Shown here one piece after another: positions 1-12,055 of a DNA stretch of 64,000 nucleotides. Origin of the DNA: Utricularia gibba (Eukaryota > Plantae > Magnoliophyta); assembly GCA_002189035.1 (NCBI GenBank), contig NEEC01000010.1, forward strand, positions 2,666,001-2,730,000, given 5' to 3'. The notes beneath the pieces were generated by a model that saw nothing but the letters and a program-made list of their open reading frames with translations, was not told where the DNA came from and searched no databases. The position numbers and the translations under genes were made by a program. The first letter of the stretch is position 1. Each line of letters begins with the position of its first letter.

Positions 1-38
1 TACAGATCAAACATTGAGAAATGCAGCCGCAGCCCTAC

Positions 39-309
39 CTTTCCGCCAGAGTCGAGTTTCTGAAACTCCGCGGCAACCTCATCGGTTCGTCCCTGTAACA
101 ACGATCACCGCAAATTCTCATACATTCGAGTACAGAACAGAGTAAAACTAGTCAATTACTATTCTTCGTGCTTCCATTGGCAGATAATGCGCGATCAGAA
201 AAACACGAATTGGTAGCGGTGTGTACCTCGCTGCGGCGTTCCCCATTCCGAGCAACGGCTCGGCGATGAACAAGATCAAAACGAGGAAAAATGCGTGCGA
301 AACCTCCAT
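39..309 (-). CDS. 5' part (2 exons seen: 309-227, 92-39) of a small secreted protein or peptide precursor; continues beyond window start
   Basis: ATG at 309 gives MEVSHAFFLVLILFIAEPLLGMGNAAA (signal-peptide-like); GT donor after 227, ttgttacag acceptor before 92, exon 2 stays in frame (RDEPMRLPRSFRNSTLAE), next donor gtaggg after 39. The listed ORF 152..385 is a different frame. Confidence 0.6.
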
Positions 310-939
310 GGATCGCAAAGAAGGACCTCCGTGAGTAACTCAATTGAACTCCGGAGGAAGAAGACGGAGGAGGAGAGGAAGGCAATCAATCGAGTGAATG
401 GAAAGGAAGAAGGCAAATACATTATATATATATAAGATAATAAAATCACTATTAAACTATTTTTTTACTAAAACAAAAATGTAGGAATGATTTTAACTTT
501 TTTTTAGATGATTATATGGGGAGATAAAATAAGTGGGGATTATTAATAAATTAGGGGAACATTTATAATGTAGAGACTTGAATACACATGGCTTGTACTG
601 GAGGGAAAAGTGACATGTGAGGACATGTGATGTGGTTTGGTCTTAATTGAAACCATTTCATACTAAAGTGACATACTCTTATTACATGGGTTAGACACTT
701 TCATGGGTTCAGTTGGTGGTTCCAACGGTGGTCCTTCCAGTGTTTTCACCCATCATTTTTAAGATTTTATTTAATAATTTTTATTAAAAAAATATTTTTA
801 TTTAACCTACTATAAAAGAGTTTTAAATCAGAAATAAATCGAAGAATTTATTAAATCCGATTTTAAAATACTAGATTTCGGTAATAGTCACGTAGGACAA
901 TAGTTTGATGACCTTTAACTATGATGGATTTTAATCTCT

Positions 940-946
<7 letters not shown>

Positions 947-984
<38 letters not shown>
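947..984. repeat. (AT)n microsatellite, about 19 units
   Basis: Perfect AT dinucleotide run read directly. Confidence 0.95.
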
Positions 985-988
<4 letters not shown>

Positions 989-1797
989 TTCAAACCAATA
1001 AATCACTTTATTAATGCATAATATTATTTACTTCCAATACCCAATCTTTATGATTTTACGTTCTTTTTTTTAGAAAAAAAAATTCATACAAGATTAAATA
1101 ATATCATTTTATATAAACTCTCACATCATCACGTTCATAACTAATGTGAAGTTTACTTAAGATCCTTATACCCTTCTTTGGCAGCCTCCTTAAAAATTCA
1201 ACATCCTCATTGAAGTATAATCCAACAGTGGTTATAGGCCCAGATATGGTTCTAATATCAAAGTAAACACTCATCATCTCCTTACATAATATTTTTCATT
1301 TTGGGCACTTTATCCTTTATATAAATGTATGATTTAATGAATTTAATGGTGGTATGAAGTCACTAGACAAAAATCTATGATTAAAAAATATTCACATTTT
1401 ACTTTTAATTTATTTTATTTCTAAATATTAAAAATTAAAAGGAACGCAAAAAAGACGAATTAATTATATGGGAGATCATGGGGGGTTAGTGCCACACGCT
1501 TTATGCTGGTGGGCCGTGTCACGGTTGCCGTAGGGCACGGATTAGGCAGGACGTCCTTATAATTTTTATTTGACGTGTCCCACCGACGAAACGGCCACGT
1601 CCCGTGTCCTCCATCGCTATTAAGCACTCTATCAATTTGGTATTTATGAGAAGGGATGCATGGTACACAAAAACGATTTTAATAATCTAAACGAAACAAA
1701 TTCAGAATATTTTTTATTTTTTTATTTCAAAAGCAAATTATTGAAAGCATAACGCGCTCTGGATTTGTAATACTAAAAAAACATAAAAAGGAAAGTT

Positions 1798-1882
1798 TGG
1801 GGTGAAAGAGGATCGAACTCTCGACCTCAAGATAACTCAGAAGCTATGAGACCTACGCACTAGCCAACTGCGCCACCACCCC
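1798..1882 (-). tRNA. trnM-CAU: tRNA-Met(CAT), elongator type, with 11-nt intron (1834-1844)
   Basis: Minus strand GGGGTGGTGGCGCAGTTGGCTAGTGCGTAGGTCTCATA[GCTTCTGAGTT]ATCTTGAGGTCGAGAGTTCGATCCTCTTTCACCCCA: cloverleaf, A and B boxes, intron one base 3' of the anticodon, upstream CAA motif, T5/T7 Pol III terminators downstream (1785-1789, 1775-1781). Confidence 0.95.
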
Positions 1883-3497
1883 ATTTTTGTTGACATTAAT
1901 TTATGTTTTAGTAAAGTCTCTATGATTTGAAATATCTATTTCCTTTATGGTTCATCGCTACGCTTTCATCAAAGTGAAAGCTGCTCTGAGAAGCAGTATT
2001 TTGTTTATTTAACTGGCTGCTGCGACTCAAATAAACCCCTCTCCGCATTGCAGCTCAGCTACACTTCACACCAAACCAACTACAGAACTCGATGCCGGAA
2101 TTCTAACTACCTGCATTAGCATCTCCACAGTCTGCATCCTGGGTTAAGGCAAAACAAAAAAAAGCCAGTTTCACACGCACCCATCACTCTGTTAAAAAAA
2201 AAAAAGAAAGATAAAGCAACTAATTCCATAATCTTCACCTTTGCATCTTGCAGTGACGCTCTTGTTTGAATCAGTAACCAGTTTTCTCTTTTCAGGCTTT
2301 TGCTTAGTTTGACAGAAACAACATGACTCGCGCTCCACCTGCCTGACTAATAAAGCGGATTGCACGAGATTACCAGTCTCTTTTGTAAAGATTGACTAGA
2401 AAACCTAATTTCTGTCATATCCTGAGGTAAGTTTCAAGCACAAATGAAGGGACCGCAGGGGCCTTCTCATGCTTCTGATAGACACGGAATATGAAGCATG
2501 GGGAGTAGTCCATATGGATGAATCCAACGCCCGTACCAAAGGATGTTGGTGAAAGGAGTCATAATGGTTGGAAGTGTGATGGTAAAAAGGTAAAGACATA
2601 TTTTCATGTATATTATTAAAAAAACCTAAATCCATGTTCCATAGATTTATTTCTTTATGATTCTATTGAAAATCGTTCAAAATCGGTGTTGGACACTAAT
2701 GTTGAGAATTACATTTATTTCATATATGTATTCTTTAATATATGTGTGATTTATACGTATAATTACTTCAATCATATATTTCAAAAAAAATTTCCAATTG
2801 AATTTTATTAATCAAACAAGTTTTAAATATATCTACGAAGTACGATATTATTTTAAACACACATTTATAATACCTATATACTATATAAACTTTCAATTGT
2901 AACTATATAATACATATTTATTTAAATATATCATTGTTTTACGTAATCAATCAAATGTACTCTAATAATAACCACCAACCTGGCCAAGTCACACTCTTAT
3001 GCAATAGGTATTATTAGAATAAGCATCCATTTGAGTTATTTAATAGAAAAATACTTACTTTTATGATAATATAAAGGGATAACTCGAGTAATTGGATTTC
3101 ATGAGTCTTTTACAATATGATCTGTTTGGTATTAAAAACTCCAACATAACCCATTGTGGTTGAAATGGTCCTTGCTTCGAAAAAAAAAATGCACAAATCG
3201 ACATTAAACAAGGAAAAAGATGACATGTGATTTGTTCAAAACTTTATGTTATCTCGTCCCCCATCGATAAATAGTAGTTTGAGTGCATAGTAGACTGGTA
3301 AAAAAGAAGATCGGAAAAAGGTGAATGGAGTTTCAAAACCCTCCTCTCTTGGTTTCAGCAAAGAATTCACCATTTTTCTTGTTGTTCTGGTTGTCCATTT
3401 CCCCTCTTTCTTATTCCCTTTACTGTCCGGTTCATGGATTTTAAACTCCTGAGTGCATTTTCCTCCTCGTGTCCAGCTCCCTTGATTCAACTCCTGC

Positions 3498-3788
3498 ATG
3501 GCGGAAACCAGCTCTGTGGAAATTTCACCCAAACCCCACCATTTTTTCCTCTTACTGCTTCTACTCATGATCGCTGCTGTTGCGAGCTCTACGGCGGATC
3601 CTAACGCGAACGACCCATTTTCGGGCGCGGATCTGAGAATAGGGTCGGCCCGTTTCTTCGATTTGCATTCGAACGCAGCAGTCACGAATTTTCTCTCCAG
3701 AAAGCTGAGGAGCAGTCGGAGATCAGCATCGGAGTTTGGTGCCAGTGATCGTGAAGTTCCTAGCGGTCCGAATCCTATTTCCAATTAA
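3498..3788 (+). CDS. CLE41: CLE peptide precursor, TDIF (CLE41/44) subclass, 96 aa, intronless
   Basis: Hydrophobic signal segment FFLLLLLLMIAAVASS; C-terminal 12-mer REVPSGPNPISN (3750-3785) directly before the stop; 11 of 12 identical to TDIF HEVPSGPNPISN. Confidence 0.92.
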   Translation: MAETSSVEISPKPHHFFLLLLLLMIAAVASSTADPNANDPFSGADLRIGSARFFDLHSNAAVTNFLSRKLRSSRRSASEFGASDREVPSGPNPISN

Positions 3789-6096
3789 CAGGTTGTGTTA
3801 TGCGTTCATTTGGCTTGGTAAATGTTCAGTTTCAGCATCCACCTTTGCTTCAGCTTCCGTACGCCGGGGAATCCATCTGCATCTGTGTGTTACCTAGGAA
3901 CACTAACACCCAAAACACAGAAACTCAGCCCTTTATATCACTTGTAAAAATATCTCTTTTTTTGTTGTTTTTGAAAGAGAACCCATCTTGAGGAGTGCTT
4001 TATAAGCTTATTATTCTTATTTATTTCAGTAAACAAGAATTGAAATAAAAATTCATTACAAAGGGCACAAGTTGGATAGTTTGATTCTTGGTTGAAAAGC
4101 TGATGATGGGTTTAGGGAAGAACTTTTGCACCAGACAGTTTTCGACAGCTACGCATTCTTTCAAGAATTTCACATGTTTCTGTCTCCTTGAATATTGGTG
4201 GAAATGTCCGCATTACCCTTTCCTTAAAAAATAGAATGAAATAACCCTGTAGCTTTCTTGACTAAAAGAGTAATTATTAGCACAAATTTTCCAAAAAAAG
4301 GGAATTTTTTGTACATGTATTAAAGGGAAAAAAACATCATATTTGTGAATACACAAAATTTAATTATAAAAAGAATTAAAATTTTCATTTTTATTCGCAA
4401 AACAAAGGCCATGTGTGAGACCGTAAAACCATCACCATGGCCCGTATCTTGCCCTAATCGAAGATACGTTGTCAAAGTTTGTAGCCCAAGAGGCCGACAG
4501 CCCAAGAAAAATGAGCCCAATAGGATATGAATTATATTTTGTAGTATTCAAATTAAATTTGAATTTAAATGATATGATTCAAATTGGTTTTTCATATTAA
4601 TAGTTACAATCTAATACAAATCATTTGATTAATTAATATAAATATTTGAATATAATTTTAGTTAGATTTTTCGAATTAGATATAATCGAATGTTGACAAG
4701 GTGCATCTAATATAAACTATGACCAAGATGATAGAAGTGAAAGGAATATGGAATTGTTCCTAACTTTAACTGCTTTGAATTGCCAAAAGTGTAAGCATAA
4801 AAATCACTACTTTATGCATCAATATCTTGTTGTCCCTCAAGCATCAAATAACTATGCATCAACTTTAATCAAGATATTCTCTGTTTGCAATGGATTATAC
4901 TTTAAAAAAATGACGTTTCATAAATAATTTTGTTATTAAATACAAATTATTTATATTCTAAAACATTCAAAAATCTAATTTTTTTTATTATTGCATAATC
5001 TGAATTTCTATTTTTTATAAGATATTTCTCGAATGGTTTTTTATTTTACAAAAAAAGTTGTAAAAGTAATCTTATTATTAAATATACACTTCTTTTCAAA
5101 AGAAATATTTTCTTTTTGTTAAAAAATACAGAGACCTAATTTATATTTTATTAAAACTATTTTTTGAAAATAGAATAAAATGGAGAATCATACCTTTATT
5201 TTTTTTTTACCGGGCTTTGACTTCCTCAAGTGCCTTTTGCATCCGACTTCGGCTTTGTTCGATTATAGGACAAATATAGTATATTTTTCTTCTTTTAAAT
5301 AAATTATTAATGTTTTCATTTCATATATTAAAATTATAAGGTATACCTAATAAGCTCGAGGTGGGGACCACCTACATTTGTATGAGTTTATGGAGCATAC
5401 TGAATTAAATAATGTTAATGCAAAAACGTTTCATGGTGCATGAAATGTAAAACGACTTTTTAAAGTCGCCTTTTGCAAAATCAAATTGACTGGCGGACCA
5501 AAGGAGAGGAGGGTTAACAAAAGACGCGTGTTTGTTCACGCGTTGCGGGAGGCTCACAGGGCTTCTGATTACTCTTCCACCGAAAAGGGCAGCCGATTCC
5601 CCCTCGCTCGTCCAACTCGCGCGGTTTTCCTTTTGCCTTTAGGGTTTTTTTGCTCGGAATCTGAAGTCTTGCGGTTGTTTTTTGAAGTTTTGATTTCGTA
5701 TTTCTGTGCTGGAGGTTTGGAATTGGCCTGGGGGTAGTCGTGATTGTGGGGGTTTTGATTTGATTTGCTGTTAATCGATTTTGTCTTTCAAGTTTTTGGT
5801 GATCGGGGAAGCTGGCGAGCTTGCCTGCACGTTTTTGGGCGGTCTTGTTTTGCCTGAACTTGTCAGCAGTCGTGTCTGTTGCTAGAAAATGTTTCTGGTT
5901 GGGTGCTTTGTGTTGTTAACTTTTTATTTTTTTGAAATTAGATGACAGGGATACGGTAATTATTGTTTTTTTTTGAACCAGAACTCTCTGTTACAATGGG
6001 TTAGCTATGTGATTCATCCTTTATTTCTCATTGGTCCGTTATTATATGTTTGAAGGCGGTTTTGGGCATCGTAAGTGGTTCGTCCGCTTTGACCGT

Positions 6097-8297
6097 ATGG
6101 GGAAAGATTCAAAGAGTGGCGCATGCAAATCAGCATCTCATCAGCTCTTCAAGGACAGGGCAAAGACCCGTCTGGATGATTTGCAGGGCATGTTCATGAG
6201 TCTTCAATATGCAAGAAAGGAAAGCTGCGCTGTGGATATGGCTTTGCTGGAAGAGCAAGTGAACCTCTTGCTTCGTGAATGGCAGGCTGAACTCAACGAG
6301 CCTTCTCCTGCTTCATCCCAGCAGCAGGTTGTTCTTTATAATGTGTGCCCTATTAATTTCCTTGGACATTTACGATTTACCATGTGCTGAGTGTGGAGAA
6401 GGAGATAACGTATCAGCTACCTTCTCTGAACTCAAGTTTCAAGCTTGATACCTGCGTATTTACAGGGTGGGAGTCTAGGATTTTCATCAGATATCTGCCG
6501 GCTGTTGCAACTTTGTGAGGAAGAGGATGATGCAACAAGTGCATTAGTCCCTCCAAAACCAGATCCGGATGCAGGAAGGGTTGTAGATGTATATGCGCCC
6601 CCAGAGGTTAGTTCATGCCATGTAATTATTTTGGTAAAGTTTGCTAGAATCTTTACTAAACTGCCCTTTTGATTTTGAGTAAGTATTTCAAAGTATTCTG
6701 CATACAATTCGACTACATTGGAAATTTGGTGTTTTTGCGGCACTAGGCTATTTTAATTATATCAGTTTTTCCTTTTTTGCTTTCATTACTGCGCCGAATG
6801 CTTTCATCATGCTTTACAAATTCATTTAGTACACTTGAACCTTTTTGATCTGGTATGTGTTGTGTACATAATGTTATATTTCTATCATGATGTTGAAGCG
6901 GTCATAGGCATCTAATGCCTATTATTCGTTTTCAAAATTTTTCCTCAGCGTATCTTTGAGTTATGGCAATAATTGTATTCTAGTTCACACTTATTTTATC
7001 CAAGGGCACAGACATGAAAATGCTGTTCTTGATATACCCATTTTATTGTAATCAATTAGTTGAATGACCTAGCAGCTTCACCTGCTTCGAGAATTCTTTT
7101 AAATCATTTCTGTAATTATTTAAACTGTTAATAGATTTAATGTTTTGCAGGCTATAAATGTGGCTGGTTGTGCTCAGGAGCTGGGACTCAAGTTTGCTGA
7201 TGAGTCCAAAAGTGCGAACGATGGATTTAGCAGCATGGGAATTGGTGGTCTGCCTTCAGAAACACAACTAGACTATAGTTCGTTTGAATTTCATTCGGGG
7301 TTTGGGACACACTGCATCCCTGGATTTGATGGCTTGGATTTTGATGGAGATGGGGGCATCCCTCATGTGGGATATCAAGAGATCTCTCCTCCACCTATTG
7401 CGTTTTTAGGGCCAAAATGTGCACTTTGGGATTGCCCAAGACCAGCGTTGTGCTTAGATTGGTCTCAGAAGTCAGATGATTATTGTAGCATGTATCATGC
7501 TGGCCTCGCTCCAAGTGAAGGGTACCTTGGAAGACCTCCGATTGTACGGCCTGGTGGCATCGGGTTAAAGGATAATTTGTTGTTCGCTGCTCTTGAGGCA
7601 AAGGCACTGGGAAAAAATGTTGGTATTCCAAAATGTGAAGGTGCTGCTACTGCGAAATCTCCTTGGAATGCATCTGGTAAATGGATGTCTTTTTTTTTTA
7701 ATTCTCGGAGTTTTGCTTCACCAACTACTTGCGTATAGGGAAGTGACATTTGTTATTCCTTTGATTCAAACAGAGCTCTTTGATCTTACAATGCTGGATC
7801 ATGAAACAATCAGAGAGTGGTTGTTTTTTGACAAACCCCGCCGGGCATTTGAGAGTGGAAACCGAAAACAAAGATCACTCCCGGATTACAGTGGAAGAGG
7901 TTGGCATGAATCAAGGAAGCAAGTGGTGAGCGATTTTGGAGGCCTGAAGAGATCATATTACATGGATCCCCAGCCCATGGAAAATTTTGAGTGGCACCTC
8001 TATGAATACGAAATCAACAGATACGACTCATGTGCGTTGTACAGACTGGAAGTGAAGCGCAGCGATGGGAAAAAACCTCCAAAGGGGAAGATATCCTATG
8101 ACACTGTTGCAGATCTACAAAAGCAGATGAGACGACTGACAGCAGAGTTCCAAAATGACAAGCCACGCATCAGCAAAGGAAGGGCCAAGACCAATCTCCT
8201 GCAAAGCGGTACCACCCCAGCCCAAGGATTTGATCATGTGAGCAGTGCTTCTCCCTATCTAGTTGACAACATCACTGAGTACTACCACATAACGTGA
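6097..8297 (+). CDS. VOZ1: VOZ (vascular plant one-zinc-finger) transcription factor; exons 6097-6327, 6466-6606, 7151-7676, 7774-8297
   Basis: [14 protein letters not shown]-terminus, CALWDC...YCSMYH zinc finger, [53 protein letters not shown]; all introns GT-AG and in phase. Confidence 0.95.
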
Positions 8298-9264
8298 TCC
8301 CTTTTCTTGGCTCACCCAATCAGAAATAATTATATACTGCAAAATCTCCTTGGAATGCATGCATGGTCATGGCAGCAGCTTCCGTGGGTTGGGTTCTGGC
8401 TCGTTAACCTTTGGTTAGCAGCTTCTGAAGTCTTTGTTGTACCTAAAGCGCATCCGCTTCTGCTGCCTTTCGCAGCATGGCATGTAATTCTGACTCGTCG
8501 CGTCTAACCAGACGAGTAAAAATGTAGTCTTTCTGATTTGGTGCTTATTTTAACTTGCCATGAGCTTCACGTTTCCCGCGATTTTTATTCGTTTTAGTAG
8601 TACGGATCCTAATTTTTTTTTTTTTTGCCGTGTGATCGATGCTACGCAGCTTTGTCAACACAAATGAGCAAACATAAAGAGGTCAACCCTTTTCTTTTAT
8701 TTTTTATTCATTTTTAAAATACATTTAATTAGCTCAACACTCATGCTACGGAGTAGGATGTTTTCATGCTGGGAATCTCGAATCGCATCGTCCATAAATA
8801 GAAAAAATTTGCCACCCAAAATGTGTTTTGGTACTCAAAATTTGGTATGGGATCAATACTGAATATAAAAGATTATGAAAAACCATTTAAATAACAAAAT
8901 TATTAATTCAGCATAAAAATAAAAATAAAAGTGAGTGCTTGTTAGAATGAACAATATTTACTATATGTTTAACCGATCTAGGTTTCGCAATTGGAATTAT
9001 TTGGAAAGATAGTATGGTGTTACTTTAAGTTCTCCGTAGAATTAATATCATCAAAAATTAAAATAGTTATAAAAATCGTACTATATATCGTGATTTAGAT
9101 TATTTAGAATTGAAAAAATGATAAATATTTTTAAAAATTGTATAAGATAAATGCTATTTAAATTTTATAATTAGGATTTAATATGTCTAGTTTTTTTGTC
9201 TTTAAAAAATAAAAACAATTTTTTTTTACTGATGCAACGTAGAAGGATGGTTCCTCTCCGTGCC

Positions 9265-9272
9265 TATATATA
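9265..9272 (+). promoter_or_regulatory. TATA box of GDSL gene 1
   Basis: CCTATATATAG about 45 bp upstream of ATG 9312; GDSL 2 and 3 have equivalent TATA-like motifs at about 13020 and 16313. Confidence 0.6.
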
Positions 9273-9311
9273 GAAGTCGATGGCCATCATTTCAGCATCG
9301 GCTGCGCCGCC

Positions 9312-12055
9312 ATGCAGTCGCTCTGTACGGTGATTCTCCTCTTCCTCTCTTTCGCGGTGCAGTCTCGCGGCCAGCCCCGCAGTATTTCGACCTTCCTTGT
9401 GTTCGGAGACTCCACCGTCGACTCCGGTAACAATAACTTCATAGCGACGGTCGCAAAGAGCAACTTCCGGCCGTATGGCCAGGATTTCCCGGCGAAAGTG
9501 GCCACCGGAAGGTTCTCCAACGGCAAGCTGATGACTGACTTCGCAGGTTTATAAGCCATTAGAAGGCTTTCCAATGGAAACCACTGGGTTCCAATCCTTT
9601 TCATTTTACAAGTACAATGATTTTGCTTGGTAGCCGCCATGCCCAACATTTTGTTAAGTTGACATGGAAGGAGTCAAAAACCATATTTTGCTAACATCGT
9701 ATTTGGACAAGCGGATTGAACATGCCTAACCTCATCTTTTGTCCTTTTCTATTTCGTTAGTTTCACATTTGGGGATCAAAGAGCTCTTGCCACCGTATCT
9801 GGACCCAAACCTGTCCGTAGACGACCTTAAAACTGGAGTCAGCTTCGCCTCTGCAGGCACCGGTTTCGATCCCCTGACGTCGAAAATCATCGTCGTAAGT
9901 TTTGAAAATGTTCTTCAGCATCTCTAATTCTTTAACCGTTTTAGCATTAGGAATGTTTTATGTTGTTATTGTTGAAAGTAAGAATCAAGGTGGAACGAGA
10001 TCAATTGAAGATTAAGAACACAAAAAATATAAATTATATTAAAAGAGATTAAATTTAATATACTAATAATTTATAATATTTTATATTTTAATTTTATTTT
10101 CAAATATGATATTTTTTGTTCTAATATCTGTTCTCGAGTCAAAAAGATCTTTAATTTGATTAGGGTTTTTTGTTTTTTATAATTATAATTAATACTTGAA
10201 TCATAAATTGATTTAATTTTATCTAAATCTAATACATCTCTTTTTTTTACCAAAAGTCAACCAATACGAAATCAATATTATATACCCAAGTTGTGTCATA
10301 AGTCAAATGCTCTAATATCATATTTGTAAGTATATGATAAATTGAACAAATATACGTGAAACTTAAATATATAAGAAATATAAATTATATTAAAAAATTT
10401 ATATCTTACAGATTGGCTGATTGTTAGTGATCTATATTTTATATATTAAATTATTTTATTTTAATTTGTTGATATGATATTATTTATTCTAATAATCAAT
10501 CAAACGGTCTTGTTTTTGTTTGAATCAATGAAACTGTCTAGTAACTGGATGAAGCTTTGTCGCTTTTTTTTTTTTTTTTTTACTAAGTAGAATTATTTGA
10601 GATGCAGGGCGTGATTCCAATGGAGAAGCAGCTGGAATATTTCAAAGAGTACAAACAACGGATGGAGGGTTATATCGGGAAGTCTGAAACCGAGGTTTTG
10701 ATAAGGAACGCAGCGGCGGCGCTGAGCGCAGGCACCAACGACTTCATCGAGAATTACTTCCTGCTCTCGGTACGCAACAAAACGTACTCCCTGTCTGAGT
10801 ACCAGAACTTCATCTTGGGCCTCGAGACCCAAATGATCCAGGTATGCTGCTCCCACTCTCAGGTGAATATTTTCAATCCAGTGTCAGACCAGCCGTGACG
10901 CCGTTGCAGGGAATTTTGGACCTGGGAATTCGGAACCTCCTGGTCGTCGGACTACCGTCGATGGGCTGTCCACCCTTCGTGATAACACTCGAGTCCGGCA
11001 ACTTACCCTGGAATCGCAAGTGTGTCGAATGGATCTCGGCTGCTGCCAGAGATTACAACTCTCTTCTTCAAGCCAAGCTCAATGATTTCCGAAACCGAGG
11101 AGCCAACGTTGTGTACGTTGACATCTATACTCCGTTGGATGATATCATCCAAAGGCCTCAATTTTACGGTAAGTGACTCAACTCGCCCAAGTCTCCACCT
11201 TCATACCAGGCTATATGGCAAGCTCACCTCTTTAGGAAATTTTCCATATCTTGAAAGATAAGCTCTTTCCATAACCATGAGTAGACATTCTCTAAAAACA
11301 GAAGTGGATCCCGTCCTAGGAATTTTCAAGCCCTAGATTGATATAGAGCCACCGCCGCCACTGAAGCTTCCCGCGAGTTCCAATACACCGTTGGACTCGT
11401 CTTCTCATCCTCTATCAAGTTCTGCACTTTATTTAGAGGTCAAGCTCACTTTATTTAGAGTTCAATTAGAATAAGTATAGAAATTAAGTATTGGATAACA
11501 CGCGGGTATTCCAAATTGATAATTAAAATTTATTTTATTTTTGTTTCAAGCTAATTTTTTTAAAGTGAAATGATGTTATAAAATAAATTATTAAATCTTT
11601 GGGATCGAGAAATTCTTTAAAACAACATACATATATACCTAAGGTTTTAATCTCTTAGCTTGTTTTGGTGTTTGGTTTTCAATCACATTAACCATTGTGT
11701 GCAGTCCACTCAGCCCAGTATGCATGATTCCTTACACACTAAACCTATCATAGTTTTTTAATTGATCTCATGGGTACATCTTTTTTGTGATTGATAGTTG
11801 TTTCTACACATGAAAACAGACTAAGATATGCATTGCATTGTATGATTGATGCCTAGGTTTCAATGTCGTGGATCGCGGCTGCTGCGGCACTGGAACTGTG
11901 GAGCTCGCCGTTCTGTGTACTCCACTCTCCCCAGTATGCAGCAATGCGAGCGATCATGTGTTTTGGGACTCCGCACACCCCACTGAAGCAGTGTACGGCA
12001 TCATGTTTCGAGCCGTGCTCCGACACTCCATACCTTCCTCTCACAGTTTGTCTGA
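9312..12055 (+). CDS. GDSL esterase/lipase 1; exons 9312-9546, 9761-9894, 10608-10841, 10910-11168, 11857-12055 (with one base restored at 12020; as written it runs to 12131)
   Basis: Signal peptide, FGDST (block I Ser), FASAGTG, GTND, DSAH; 5-exon GDSL structure. Restoring one C at 12020-12021 gives a tail [13 protein letters not shown] matching the paralogues. Confidence 0.92.
9970..10494 (-). mobile_element. Eroded full-length TRIM copy in intron 2 of GDSL gene 1
   Basis: Minus strand: LTR start TATTAGAATAAAT, PBS remnant TGATATTAGAGC (10309-10320), internal region alignable to the TRIM at 41667, PPT remnant TCGAGAACAGA, second LTR TATTAGAAC...TTTCAACA. Confidence 0.75.

Noticed and set aside
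152-385. Listed 77-aa ORF resembling a transit peptide
   Set aside because: Starts at TTG; another frame with an ATG at 309 and proper splice sites explains the locus better.
2290-2635. Splice-like sites (ttttcag at 2294, gag/gtaagt at 2426) and a 76-aa minus-strand ORF
   Set aside because: No recognisable protein and no consistent gene model; cannot be supported without transcript data.
3236-3784. 182-aa antisense ORF over the CLE gene
   Set aside because: Non-ATG start, no domain; shadow of the sense gene and its promoter.
5486-5737. Possible uORF in the VOZ leader
   Set aside because: Begins at TTG and probably upstream of the transcription start; no conserved-peptide evidence.
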